In this document: one piece after another, positions 52,316 to 61,393 of the stretch
Layout: each line of letters starts with the position of its first letter
Numbering within the stretch: the first letter of the stretch is position 1
Assembly: GCA_038326025.1 (NCBI GenBank)
Contig: JBBQJP010000021.1
Location: forward strand, 5,440 to 69,439
DNA: 64,000 nt
Source of the DNA: Burkholderiales bacterium
Lineage (GTDB): Bacteria > Pseudomonadota > Gammaproteobacteria > Burkholderiales > Burkholderiaceae_C
Direction of reading: 5' to 3'
The notes under the pieces: model-generated
Database searches by the model: none
Told to the model about the DNA's origin: nothing
Seen by the model: the letters and a program-made list of their open reading frames with translations, nothing else
Program-made: the position numbers and the translations under genes

Positions 52316-54484
52316 TCATGGATGGTCGTAGCCCACGATGTCTTCGAGCGCCGGCAGGCGCGAGATCGCGTGTGCCGCCAGGCGCCCCGAGATCACTGCC
52401 GACTCGATGCAGCCGGTGTCCAGGCCGGTGGCGGTCCAGTCGCCGGCGATGGTCAGGTTGTCGAACGACATGTCCAGCGGTGACAGGCGGTAGGCCGGGC
52501 TGCCGGGAAGCGACAGCACATAGCGGTCGCTGGCATTGACATTGGCCGTCCAGTACTGGCTGTCGAAGGCGCGTTCGTCGGCCGCGGTGCGGCCGGCGTC
52601 GACGCTTGCGTCGGCCGCCACCAGCAGCTCCCACCGAAAACCGCCGTGCGCATGCCGGGCCTGGGGCCAGAGTGCGCTGACATCGCGGTCCAGAAAATGC
52701 ACCGCATTGGCCCGCACCTGCTGGTGCTGCTGCTGGTGGAACTGGCGGCCATCGGTACCGGCCCGGTCCACATCCGGCAGGACACTGCAGAAATAGGCAA
52801 TCGACTTCACCGGTTCGGCCAGGCATTCCTCGGGGATCAGGTGGCGCATGTCGGCCCAGGTGTCGAAGGGCTCGACGAAGCCCGACAGGTTGACCGCCGG
52901 ATGCGGCCAGCCCAGCGTGACCATGTCCTCGCGCATCCATACCTGAAAGGCCTGGGTCGGCACAGTCTTCACATAACTGACCATGTCGCGCCAGCGCGGC
53001 TCGCGCGCGATCAGTTCGCCGGCCACCTGCGGCAGTGCGCCGACGCTGACGCCCAGCACGACCAGGTCGAAATCGCGCGCCACGTCCATGCGCACGCTGC
53101 GCACCCGGCGCAGGTCCCAGTCGGCCTCGAAGGCTCGGCCCTCGGCGCGCAGCGCGTCGCCGTCCTGCAGTTGCGCATAGTCGGGCTGCGACGGCCAGCA
53201 TGACACGCCCTGCACATCGACCAGGGGCTGATAGGGCCGTCCGTCCAGCACCTCGGCCTGCAGGTCGAAATGCATGGACTGCACGTGCGGCACCACGCCC
53301 GCACGGGCGGGCGACACCGACAGGTCGCGCAGGCGATGGAAAAAGGAAAACTTGACGCCGCGCGCGCGCAGCACCTGGTACAGCGGCGCGAACACCACGT
53401 CGCCCATGCCCGCGCTCATGCTGTAGAACAGTGCGCCGCGGTAAGTGAAGAACATGCGCATCGCGCCGCGCAGCGCCACGCCCGCAGCCAGCCGCGGGCG
53501 CTCGACGTCGCCATCCTCGAAGGCGAATGCCAGGTCGTAGATGCCGCGCATGAAGCCCGACTGCAAGGAGGCCTCGGACGCGCCATTGGCGCGCAGCCAG
53601 TCGCGCCAGTCATGCGCGTTGATCGCGTCGAAGCCGCGCGGATCGAAGGCCAGCCCCTGCAACGTGGCGCCGCGCAGGATGGCCAGGATCAGGTCGATCA
53701 CCTGCCAAATGCGGCGCAGCTCCACATCCTCGGCAACCAGCATCTCGATGCGCTGGCGCGCAGCGCCTGCCAGCGACTCGATCACTTGCAACAGCGCCGC
53801 GCTGCCCTCACGCAGCATCTGCGGCACCCAGGCATCGACGGCCTGCAGCAGCATTTCACTGGCCTGGGCAATCGCGGCCGCGCCGGACAGGTGGCCATAA
53901 CGCAGCACGGTCTCGACGGCCGCACCGGCCGCCTGCGGTCCGCTGCGCGTCCCCGTCCCGTCAGGTGGCGCAGGCGCGGGTTGCGGCCGCTCCCGTGCGC
54001 CGGCCGAACGCACCAATTCGGTCACCAGCAGCGCCGACTGCTTCAGATAGGCCACTACCGTGAACGGGCTGCCCTGGCTGGCGGGATCGCCCGGCTCGCC
54101 AGCTCCCGGTGGAAAATGCGCGCGCCAGAAGCTCCAGTCATCGCCCATGCGATCGGCCACCGCCACATCGGCCGCCGGCTTGAACGCGTCGCGCCAGTCC
54201 TGGAAGCGCTGCTCCGGGTGCAGCGCCTGCCGCTCGGCATAACAGGCGCGCATCAGCGCAAATGCGTTCTCGTAGAAACCCATCCACAGGTGCAGGCCGT
54301 GTTCCTCGATGCGCTGCGATGCGCCCCGCCCCGAGGCGCCCTTGCCGCCGAGCCGCCAGCCCAGCTGGTAGACCGTGATGTCATAGCGCCCGCCGTGCTC
54401 GGGGCGGCTCAGTTCGAAGGCGGTGGTCAGGCTCGCGCATCCGCCACCGACCACCGCGACCCGAATCGGCTCGTCGCCGCTCAT
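52316..54484 (-). CDS. FAD-dependent oxidoreductase, phytoene-desaturase/amine-oxidase superfamily (HpnE/COG3349-like, enlarged)
   Basis: 722 aa. N-terminal RVAVVGGGCASLTTAFELS dinucleotide fold and C-terminal LTIAGDWTATGLDTGCIESAVISGRLAA. 4-bp overlap with ispH. Confidence 0.8.
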   Translation of the reverse strand: MSGDEPIRVAVVGGGCASLTTAFELSRPEHGGRYDITVYQLGWRLGGKGASGRGASQRIEEHGLHLWMGFYENAFALMRACYAERQALHPEQRFQDWRDAFKPAADVAVADRMGDDWSFWRAHFPPGAGEPGDPASQGSPFTVVAYLKQSALLVTELVRSAGARERPQPAPAPPDGTGTRSGPQAAGAAVETVLRYGHLSGAAAIAQASEMLLQAVDAWVPQMLREGSAALLQVIESLAGAARQRIEMLVAEDVELRRIWQVIDLILAILRGATLQGLAFDPRGFDAINAHDWRDWLRANGASEASLQSGFMRGIYDLAFAFEDGDVERPRLAAGVALRGAMRMFFTYRGALFYSMSAGMGDVVFAPLYQVLRARGVKFSFFHRLRDLSVSPARAGVVPHVQSMHFDLQAEVLDGRPYQPLVDVQGVSCWPSQPDYAQLQDGDALRAEGRAFEADWDLRRVRSVRMDVARDFDLVVLGVSVGALPQVAGELIAREPRWRDMVSYVKTVPTQAFQVWMREDMVTLGWPHPAVNLSGFVEPFDTWADMRHLIPEECLAEPVKSIAYFCSVLPDVDRAGTDGRQFHQQQHQQVRANAVHFLDRDVSALWPQARHAHGGFRWELLVAADASVDAGRTAADERAFDSQYWTANVNASDRYVLSLPGSPAYRLSPLDMSFDNLTIAGDWTATGLDTGCIESAVISGRLAAHAISRLPALEDIVGYDHP

Positions 54485-55494
54485 CCACGCCCCCCGACCT
54501 GCCGGCCATCGTTGATGGCTGAGCCCGGGGTTGCCAGCGTGTCAGGGGCCGGCTGACCGTCTTGGCGAAGTGGGCGGGGCAGGTTGAACACGATTTGTTC
54601 GGCCTTGCCGAAATTCTCGACATCGCTGCCCGGCCACCAGTCGCACAACTGGTCGACGACTCCCTCGACCAGCGTCTCGGGCACCGATGCGCCCGATGTC
54701 AGGCCGACCACATCGCAGCCTTCGAGCCAGTCGCGCTGCAGGTCGGCGGCCGACGCGACCCGATGCGCCGGCCGCCCGCATTGTCCGACGAGTTCGAGCA
54801 GGCGCATGGTGTTGGAACTATGCGCCGCACCCACCACCAGCACCACCTGCGAACGCCCGGCCAGTTCGCGTGCGGCAATCTGGCGGTTTTGAGTGGCGTA
54901 ACAGATGTCGTCCTGCCGGGGCCCCAGGATGGCCGGGAAGCGGCGCTGGAGCACGCTCAGGATGCGCGCGGTGTCGTCCACCGACAAGGTGGTCTGCGTC
55001 GCATAGGCCAGCTTGTCGGGGTTGCGCACGGTCACAGTCAGCGCCTCCTGCTCGGTGGAGATCAGGTGGATCTGCGCATCGCCCTGCCCCGTGAAATGGC
55101 CCAGCGTTCCGTCGATTTCGGCGTGGCCGGCGTGGCCGACCAGGATCACGCTGCGACCGGCCCGGCCATGGCGCGCGACTTCCTGGTGCACCTTGGTCAC
55201 CAGCGGACAGGTGGCATCGATCGCGCGCAGCCCGAGCAAACGGGCCTGCTCCGTCACGTCGCGCGACACGCCGTGCGCGCTGAAGATGACCCGGGCGTTG
55301 GCGGGCACATCTGCCAGTTCCTCGACAAACCGCGCGCCGCGCGCGCGCAGCCGGTCGACGACGTGGCGGTTGTGCACGATCTCGTGGCGCACGTAGACCG
55401 GCTGGCCAAACGCATCGAGGGCACGCTCGACAATCTGAACCGCGCGTTCGACGCCGGCGCAAAACCCGCGTGGATTGGCGATCACGATGTGCAT
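54481..55494 (-). CDS. ispH: 4-hydroxy-3-methylbut-2-enyl diphosphate reductase
   Basis: ORF 54481..55554. ATG at 55494 (MHIVIANPRGFCAGVERAVQIVERAL...VRHEIVHN...DATCPLVTKVH). Confidence 0.9.
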   Translation of the reverse strand: MHIVIANPRGFCAGVERAVQIVERALDAFGQPVYVRHEIVHNRHVVDRLRARGARFVEELADVPANARVIFSAHGVSRDVTEQARLLGLRAIDATCPLVTKVHQEVARHGRAGRSVILVGHAGHAEIDGTLGHFTGQGDAQIHLISTEQEALTVTVRNPDKLAYATQTTLSVDDTARILSVLQRRFPAILGPRQDDICYATQNRQIAARELAGRSQVVLVVGAAHSSNTMRLLELVGQCGRPAHRVASAADLQRDWLEGCDVVGLTSGASVPETLVEGVVDQLCDWWPGSDVENFGKAEQIVFNLPRPLRQDGQPAPDTLATPGSAINDGRQVGGRG

Positions 55495-56048
55495 GAAAGA
55501 ATCACCTCCCGACTTCGCTGTCATCTGCATGCAAGCAGCGCAGGCCACCGGCATGACTGGCGCGGCAAGCGAACGCCGGCGCGACCGGATCCTACGATCA
55601 ACTCTAACACGCGGTCAACGAATTCAGGGGGAGCAAAGCACCAACGCATGCGCCGCAAGATCGCTGCATCGTCGGAATCGCCATCGCCATCGCCGTCGCT
55701 GGCCGTACGCAATGGATCGATCGGCCATCCGAACCAGGACTTGTCTGCATCGCCATCTGCAGCAACAGACAACCATGGCATCCGGATCAGGATGCCCGTT
55801 CGCGGGTTACCGCCAGGCACGGGCCGGCGCCACGGCCACCGCGATCTTGGGACCGGTGTCGCGCCACAACCGCCGCATCCCTGGCAGCCCGGAATGCTTC
55901 TTGTCAAAGGTCGCGAGCGGCCCAGGTCGAGAACGATAAGCTGTTGCCGCCCTATCCCACGGCATACCAGACGCTCTGGGCCTGGTCGGGAACTTGCGTG
56001 CGATGGCATCGGTGAGCAGCTTGAGGTGCACCGGGTCCTGCGCAGCAT

Positions 56049-56163
56049 CTACCACCTGGCGACACCAGGGCTGGCGGCATTGGCCAAGCGGGCGTCGATC
56101 TACAAGGACGAGAAGTTCTCCGACCACGCGCCGCTGACGATCGCATATGACGTAAAGCTTTGA
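56049..56163 (+). repeat. xthA 3'-terminal 115-bp repeat, copy 3 (orphan gene end)
   Basis: Encodes YHLATPGLAALAKRASIYKDEKFSDHAPLTIAYDVKL-stop. Same boundaries as the other copies. Confidence 0.9.
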
Positions 56164-56283
56164 CGACAGGCCGGTTCGACCCATGTTCGGATACGACCTC
56201 TTCGCTCTGTCGTGGACCACCCGATGTCGGTGGAGCAATGGAGGGCGATCCGTACCGACCTGGCACGCACGATCCGCATGGAC

Positions 56284-56730
56284 CTACAGTGGCAGAGCGG
56301 CCGCGCCGGCCAGGCAACTGATGCTGGCCACCAGTGTTAGCCTGAGGCGCATCGGCAGCCAGCCGCGCAGCCGACAGCGCGGATACAGCACGCTATCCAC
56401 TGCAAAACACGCCCATAACAACGCCGCCATCAACAACAACCCGGGCGCCTGACCCAGCAGCAGGGCCGCCCAGCCAAGCAGGCCGGGCACCACGCCCCAG
56501 AGCAGAGACGTCACGGGCGGGGAAGGCCACTCGCGCATCGCCAGGCCCCAGTGCAGGGCCCCCAAGAAGCTGACGATGCTCGTCCCCTAACCTAGCAAGG
56601 CCAGGCTGACCAACGGTGCGTCACCGGGCCTTGCCACCCAAAGCACGGCTGCCAGGCCCACGCACGGAATCAATCCGCCGAAGCCCAGTCGGCTGGCCCA
56701 AGGCGACGGGCCAGTCCTGTCCGCTGTCAT
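56284..56730 (-). pseudogene. DUF3429-family membrane protein gene interrupted by one in-frame TAG
   Basis: ORFs 56587..56847 (from ATG 56730) and 56284..56565 are in the same frame. Reading across gives ...SLALLG-TAG-GTSIVSFLGALHWGLAMRE, where the family normally has a sense codon (Tyr-like position). Confidence 0.6.
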
Positions 56731-56906
56731 CGGTTTGCGTCCTCGTCCTCGGGTTCCGGCTCGGGCTCGAGTGCCTTCACTTCCGACGGGTTGCCCGCGG
56801 CGTGGAAACCCATGTCTTCGCCATTCCACTGCTGGCCACACCAGCAACGGCCGCCGGTGTCGATGATGCAGGTGCCGCTGCCGCAGCAGCGAGGGTCTTG
56901 GCTCAT
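56727..56906 (-). CDS. cysteine-rich CWC-family small protein
   Basis: 59 aa, below the track cutoff, own translation: MSQDPRCCGSGTCIIDTGGRCWCGQQWNGEDMGFHAAGNPSEVKALEPEPEPEDEDANR. ATGA overlap with the downstream DUF3429 start. Confidence 0.6.
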   Translation of the reverse strand: MSQDPRCCGSGTCIIDTGGRCWCGQQWNGEDMGFHAAGNPSEVKALEPEPEPEDEDANR

Positions 56907-57009
56907 TCGTAACTCCTGGAGATCATTTCAAGCCGATTCACGAGTGGCCATGCAGTGGTGAAGCCGCCGTCCACTGCAATCGCCGGCTCCGTCGGCGAAG
57001 GGGTTGCGA

Positions 57010-57441
57010 TCAGCGGGGCGCGCCATTGCCGGGTTTCGGGCGGCAGGGGCCAGGCCGATCCTGGCGCAAGGCCCAACGCTGCAACGCCGGACGCCAGCGC
57101 AGGAAAAGGCGGTAGGTGCGCTCCATGGCCCAGGTCGCACCCGGCAGCCGCCCGGCCCAGGCCAGCCAGCGCCAGCCGGGCAGCGCGGCCCAAAGCGCCA
57201 GAAACGCCTGCGCGCCGCTGAGCAATTCACCTTCGCGACTTCGCACGTGGAATCGCGCCAGCAATTGCGCGCGTGTAGTGCCAGGTGGCAGCGGCAGTTC
57301 GGCGTCGTTGACGTCGGCATAACACACCGGCCTGTGCGGCTGCAAGCCGCGATAGACGCCAATCTCACGCCGGCAAAGCGGGCACGCGCCGTCATACAGA
57401 ACGGTCAGGGGCGGCACTTCGTCGACGGGTTCAGTCAACAT
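57010..57441 (-). CDS. thiol-disulfide oxidoreductase DCC family (DUF393)
   Basis: 143 aa. LYDGACPLCRREI motif near the N-terminus. Confidence 0.8.
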   Translation of the reverse strand: MLTEPVDEVPPLTVLYDGACPLCRREIGVYRGLQPHRPVCYADVNDAELPLPPGTTRAQLLARFHVRSREGELLSGAQAFLALWAALPGWRWLAWAGRLPGATWAMERTYRLFLRWRPALQRWALRQDRPGPCRPKPGNGAPR

Positions 57442-57639
57442 TGCGGCACCTCATTGACCGCCGGCAAGTCGCAGAGCGTGAGAGAACCGGGCTCGAAGGC
57501 CGCGCGCGTTGGCGCAGCGCCCAAACCAAGACCACCAAAGGCCCCGCGGTTATCAGCGTCGACGAGCGCATCGAAAAAACCGAACGCCGCCGCATGAAGG
57601 TAAAGCTGGTCGACAGGCACGACGATCAATGAGCGCACA

Positions 57640-57807
57640 TCAGCCGCCTGCAAGCTTGTGGCGTCGGCAGGCATCGGAGCAGTACTTCAGCTCGGCCCAG
57701 TTCTTCGCCCAGCGCCGACGCCAGCTCATCGCAAGGCCGCAGCCCACGCAGGGCTTGCTCGGCAATGCGGCCTTGTTGCCGCGGAAACTGGCGCCAGACA
57801 GCGTCAC
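57640..57807 (-). CDS. DUF2256 small zinc-ribbon-like protein
   Basis: Tail of ORF 57640..58206. Probable GTG start at 57807. KPCVGCGLAMSWRRRWAKNWAELKYCSDACRR matches the family pattern C-x2-C...W-R-K/R-x-W...YCS-x2-CR. Confidence 0.55.
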   Translation of the reverse strand: MTLSGASFRGNKAALPSKPCVGCGLAMSWRRRWAKNWAELKYCSDACRRHKLAGG

Positions 57808-57833
57808 AACGCAGCCTGGGCCCAGCCGCGTGT

Positions 57834-58142
57834 TCACGCCTTCTTGGCCCAGGCACTGCACCAGCCCGCACCGGCCACCTGCTTGCCAGCGAACAGCGGA
57901 CAGCCGCCCGCCTTGTCGGTGGTCTTTCCCTGATAGAGAGCGCAATTTGTGCAGTTCTGGGCAGCGGTGTGTTTCGGGTACTTCTTGGTGTCGGCACGTT
58001 TGGTATCGGCGACATAACCGAGGGCGGCGGCCTGCGCGTCGGTTTCGACGACTAGGGCCTGGGCCTGCGCGCCGGTGGCAAGCGCCGCGCCGGAGGCGGC
58101 CAATGTCATGAGAAACACGCGACGGGGTAGAGGTCGTTTCAT
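57834..58142 (-). CDS. high-potential iron-sulfur protein (HiPIP), Tat-exported
   Basis: 102 aa. Tat signal RRVFLMTLAASGAALATGAQA. Cys ligand pattern CTNCALYQG...GGCPLFAGKQVAGAGWCSAW. AAGGAG RBS. Confidence 0.85.
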   Translation of the reverse strand: MKRPLPRRVFLMTLAASGAALATGAQAQALVVETDAQAAALGYVADTKRADTKKYPKHTAAQNCTNCALYQGKTTDKAGGCPLFAGKQVAGAGWCSAWAKKA

Positions 58143-58442
58143 GGGGAACTCCTTGGATGGGTGATATGAAAGGGTGATGCGTGACGTGGAAAGAGGAGCC
58201 GAACAAGTGTCAAGAGCGGGTCACGCGACCAGGCGCCGGGTGGCGCGGCAGCAGCGGCGCACGCGCATTTGCACCAACTGCAAAGCCGGCACGGCCCGCA
58301 AGATGATCGTCCGATTTCAGATTTTTGCTGGATGCCATGTGAAGGATGATACATTTTTTTGAGTCATCTTGAGTTCAATTGTATTATTTTTGCAGAGTAA
58401 GTTTTATAATACGCTTCAAATACTCTTCAAATCAGTGTCAAT

Positions 58443-59621
58443 ATGAAGAACAGCAAGCCATCGCTGCCACCAACCCGACAACCGACGGAAGTGGAGAATC
58501 CATCGTTCCTGCGCAGCGGCGCTGTTGCGCGCATGCTGCGCATGCCAGTGGCGACGCTGCGCGTCTGGGAGCGCCGCTACAGGCTGACACAGCCCGGGCT
58601 GTCGCCGAGCGGTCAGCGTCTCTACTCTGCCGACGACGTTCGGAGGCTGGTACTGCTCAAGCAGCTGACGGACCTCGGTCACGCGATAGGGAGCCTGGCG
58701 CCACTGGACATGCCGCAGCTGCAGCGCGTGGCGTCCACGCACGCGCAAGCGCGCTCAGCCACACAAAGAGTCGAGCACCCGGAGGTGGCCCAGGTGCCAC
58801 CGATTCGCGCCTGGCGGCTCGCCGTCATTGGCGCGGCGCTGGGCAGCAGGTTGCGGCGGCCGGCGCTGTTGCGCCGGCTTGGTCAGCCGGTCGTGCTGCT
58901 TGGGCCGTTCGAAGACGCAACGCAGGCCGCCGCCGCATTGCAAAGCACGGACCTGGATGCCTTGCTCGTCCACGAACCGCAGCTGCACGACGGCTGGTTG
59001 GCTTCCATCGAAGCTGCGGCGCCGGCCTTTGTGGGGGTTCCGAAAGCGGTGCTCTACGGCTTTGCTGCCGACCCCGTGTGCGACGCATTGGCAGCAGGGG
59101 GCACAGCCTTGCTGCGCGAACCGCAGCCGGATGTGGTTGTGGCGCAATGGCTGCAAAGCCTGTCCTTGGCGACCATGGCGTCGCGGCCCGCGGCGGGCAA
59201 GCCGGCGCCTTCGACCGGGCCCGTGCCGCCGCGCCGCTGGGACGATGCGGCTCTGGCCGACTTCGCGGGCCTTTCGACGACGATAGCCTGCGAGTGTCCA
59301 CGCCACGTGGCCGAGCTGCTCGTGCAGCTGTCGCACTTCGAGGCCTACAGCGCCGAGTGTGGGCACCGCAACGCAGCCGACGCCGAGCTGCACGCCTACT
59401 TGCGGCAAGTCACGGCCGCTTCGCGCGCCCGCTTCGAGGCGGCACTGGAGCATGTGGCCCTGCACGAAGGCCTGTTGTTGCCTGCATCGCCGAGGCAGAA
59501 AGACACGGCTATGGCACCAAACGCGCAGCGCGCCAAGGTCCTGGCTGCCGCGAGGCCGCGCCGTCCGCCCAGAGCCGAGGCAGAAAAAGCGCCGGATGCT
59601 GATATCGATGGCAGCCTGTGA
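58443..59621 (+). CDS. MerR-family transcriptional regulator with large C-terminal sensor region (LitR/CarH-like layout, tentative)
   Basis: 392 aa. N-terminal HTH LRSGAVARMLRMPVATLRVWERRYRL...YSADDVRRLVLLKQL. Flavodoxin-like middle domain. Cys/His-containing C-terminal helix bundle (TTIACECPRHVAELL). Confidence 0.75.
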   Translation: MKNSKPSLPPTRQPTEVENPSFLRSGAVARMLRMPVATLRVWERRYRLTQPGLSPSGQRLYSADDVRRLVLLKQLTDLGHAIGSLAPLDMPQLQRVASTHAQARSATQRVEHPEVAQVPPIRAWRLAVIGAALGSRLRRPALLRRLGQPVVLLGPFEDATQAAAALQSTDLDALLVHEPQLHDGWLASIEAAAPAFVGVPKAVLYGFAADPVCDALAAGGTALLREPQPDVVVAQWLQSLSLATMASRPAAGKPAPSTGPVPPRRWDDAALADFAGLSTTIACECPRHVAELLVQLSHFEAYSAECGHRNAADAELHAYLRQVTAASRARFEAALEHVALHEGLLLPASPRQKDTAMAPNAQRAKVLAAARPRRPPRAEAEKAPDADIDGSL

Positions 59622-59670
59622 CATCTCACCTGCCCCTGAACTACCGTACTCCTTGACCGACTCCCAGACC

Positions 59671-60276
59671 ATGCGCCATTTCCTCCTCTTTCTCACACTC
59701 GCCGCCATGCCCATGCTCAGCCACGCGATCGAAGAACCCGACTACGAGGTCATCCGGAAATTCGACAATGTGGAGTTACGCCACTATGCGCCCTACGTCG
59801 TGGCCGAGGTGGTGCTTGACACGCCGGCCGACGAAGCGGGCAGCAAGGCTTTCCCCATCCTGGCCGGCTACATCTTCGGCAAGAACAAAGGCGAGAAGAC
59901 ATTCGCGATGACGGCGCCGGTGACGCAGACCGCCGCGCCGATACGCATGGACATGACCGCTCCCGTGACCCAGGCCGCCGTGGCTGGCGGCATGCAGGTG
60001 CAGTTCGTTCTGCCCAAGGAGGTGACGCTGGCGACGGCGCCCGAGCCGATCGACCCACGCGTGCAGTTGCGCCAGGTACCCGCCGGCACCTGGGCAGTCA
60101 TCCGCTATTCGGGCACCTGGTCCCAGTCGAACTACCTCGAGCACCTGGACGCGTTGAAGGCGGCCCTGCAAGCGGCGGGTGTTGCCACGCAAGGCGAGCC
60201 CGTTTTGGCGCGCTACAACGCGCCCTTCACGCCGTGGTTCATGCGGCGCAACGAGATCTGGCTGGCATTGCGCTGA
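59671..60276 (+). CDS. SOUL heme-binding family protein, secreted
   Basis: ORF 59359..60276. ATG at 59671 (MRHFLLFLTLAAMPMLSHAIEEPDYEVIRKFDNVELRHY...AGYIFGKNKG...MTAPV). Confidence 0.8.
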   Translation: MRHFLLFLTLAAMPMLSHAIEEPDYEVIRKFDNVELRHYAPYVVAEVVLDTPADEAGSKAFPILAGYIFGKNKGEKTFAMTAPVTQTAAPIRMDMTAPVTQAAVAGGMQVQFVLPKEVTLATAPEPIDPRVQLRQVPAGTWAVIRYSGTWSQSNYLEHLDALKAALQAAGVATQGEPVLARYNAPFTPWFMRRNEIWLALR

Positions 60277-60321
60277 CTCCGCTACCGGGCATGTGCCGTG
60301 GTCACTGGCGCATAGCGGTCA

Positions 60322-60879
60322 CTACCATGCCGCGCTGCCTGGCCCGCCCTTGAACGGGCCAACCAATTCGGGCGTGATCCAGCCGCCATACAAGCCGCCG
60401 GGCTGCGGCGTGACGGCTGCGCCGTCAATACGGCAATCGAGCTCAGCCGGATAGAACGACACGCAATCGGCCAGCGCTTGGGCACCGGGCAGCGGCTGCG
60501 GGTAGCTCCAGGCAACGCGGGGCAGCCGGCGATCGACCTGCGCCAGGGTCCAGTACTGCGCCGTTCCTTTCCACTCGCAGAAAGAACTGCCGGCTGCCGG
60601 CTCCAGCAGATGCCGGGCCACGTCGGACCACGGCAGGTAGACGCTCGGCGGGTGGGCGGTCTCCAGCACGAGCACGGCGCGCCGCGTGCGCGCCACTTCG
60701 ACATCACCCCAGCGCACCACCACTTCGCGCGCATCCGACACCAGACGCGGCGGGCGCGGGAAGTCCCAGACCGACGTCTGGCCCGGCCCCGGCGCCGTGG
60801 CGAAGGGCGGGCGCACCTGGCCTTGCCAGCGCCACTGCTGGCGCGCCGCACGGATCCAGTCGGGAAGCTCGGACATCAT
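60322..60879 (-). CDS. DUF427 domain protein
   Basis: ORF 60322..60939. ATG at 60879. VWDFPRPPRL...ETAHPPSVYLPWSDV...CEWKGTAQYW family pattern. Confidence 0.7.
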   Translation of the reverse strand: MMSELPDWIRAARQQWRWQGQVRPPFATAPGPGQTSVWDFPRPPRLVSDAREVVVRWGDVEVARTRRAVLVLETAHPPSVYLPWSDVARHLLEPAAGSSFCEWKGTAQYWTLAQVDRRLPRVAWSYPQPLPGAQALADCVSFYPAELDCRIDGAAVTPQPGGLYGGWITPELVGPFKGGPGSAAW

Positions 60880-60946
60880 TTTGGCAATACGCAAGCTGGA
60901 TTGGATCGGGGGATCGGATTGCACCTCCGTTTCGAACATTGCACGA

Positions 60947-61393
60947 TCACAGTCGGGCCTGCTGTTCGAAACGGCTCTTGAATTCCTGCATCCGGGAGCG
61001 GTTTTTCCCCCAGTCGAACAAGCCGAACAACGAGCGGGACCGGAAGTCGACGCGCTGCCCCTGGGGGTCGATGCGGAAGTCGACCTGGTCCTTGAACCCT
61101 GCGGGCGTGGTGAAGATCACCTCCAGCGCCAGAGGCTCGTCGCGAACGACGGTTGCCTCGGGAAAGCTTGCGAGTGTGGCCCGCAGCATGCCCATAACCT
61201 GGGCGGGCGTGCCGGCGAACCGCAGTGGCAGCAGGTCGCCGTCGCCACGCGAGCTCACGCAATTGCTGGGCAGCGAACACGCCAGATCCGGATTGCCGGA
61301 ATCCGCAGCAGCTGTCGCAGAAGGTGTCGGCGCCGTCGCGGCACAAGCACCCAGCAGCAACGCCAATGTCAGGACCAAGAACTTGGATTTCAT
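60947..61393 (-). CDS. DUF1499-family lipoprotein
   Basis: ORF 60947..61408. ATG at 61393 (MKSKFLVLTLALLLGAC lipobox). PSNCVSS...DFRSRSLFGLFDWGKNRSRMQEF. Confidence 0.7.
   Translation of the reverse strand: MKSKFLVLTLALLLGACAATAPTPSATAAADSGNPDLACSLPSNCVSSRGDGDLLPLRFAGTPAQVMGMLRATLASFPEATVVRDEPLALEVIFTTPAGFKDQVDFRIDPQGQRVDFRSRSLFGLFDWGKNRSRMQEFKSRFEQQARL

Larger units (their letters stand above)
41475..56048. mobile_element. putative integrated island C (14.6 kb) between copies 2 and 3
   Basis: Bounded by direct repeats. Cargo is a truncated pseudogene, a cyclase-STAND protein and the isoprenoid-like operon. Confidence 0.5.

Noticed and set aside
55495-56048. About 550 bp upstream of ispH with several 150-175-aa ORFs in both directions.
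   Set aside because: All candidate products are low-complexity. The region is better explained as promoter or decayed sequence plus the right-end arm of island C.
54562-56163. 533-aa plus-strand ORF that ends with the xthA-like peptide IYHLATPGLAALAKRASIYKDEKFSDHAPLTIAYDVKL.
   Set aside because: Only the last 37 codons are Xth-like. The rest is antisense to ispH and low-complexity. It is an accidental open frame running into orphan repeat copy 3, not a second exonuclease gene.
57435-57674. 79-aa minus-strand ORF between the DUF2256 and DCC genes.
   Set aside because: No recognisable family, no clear RBS, and its start would overlap the DUF2256 gene by 35 nt. It may be real because it fills an operon gap, but it is not supportable from sequence alone.
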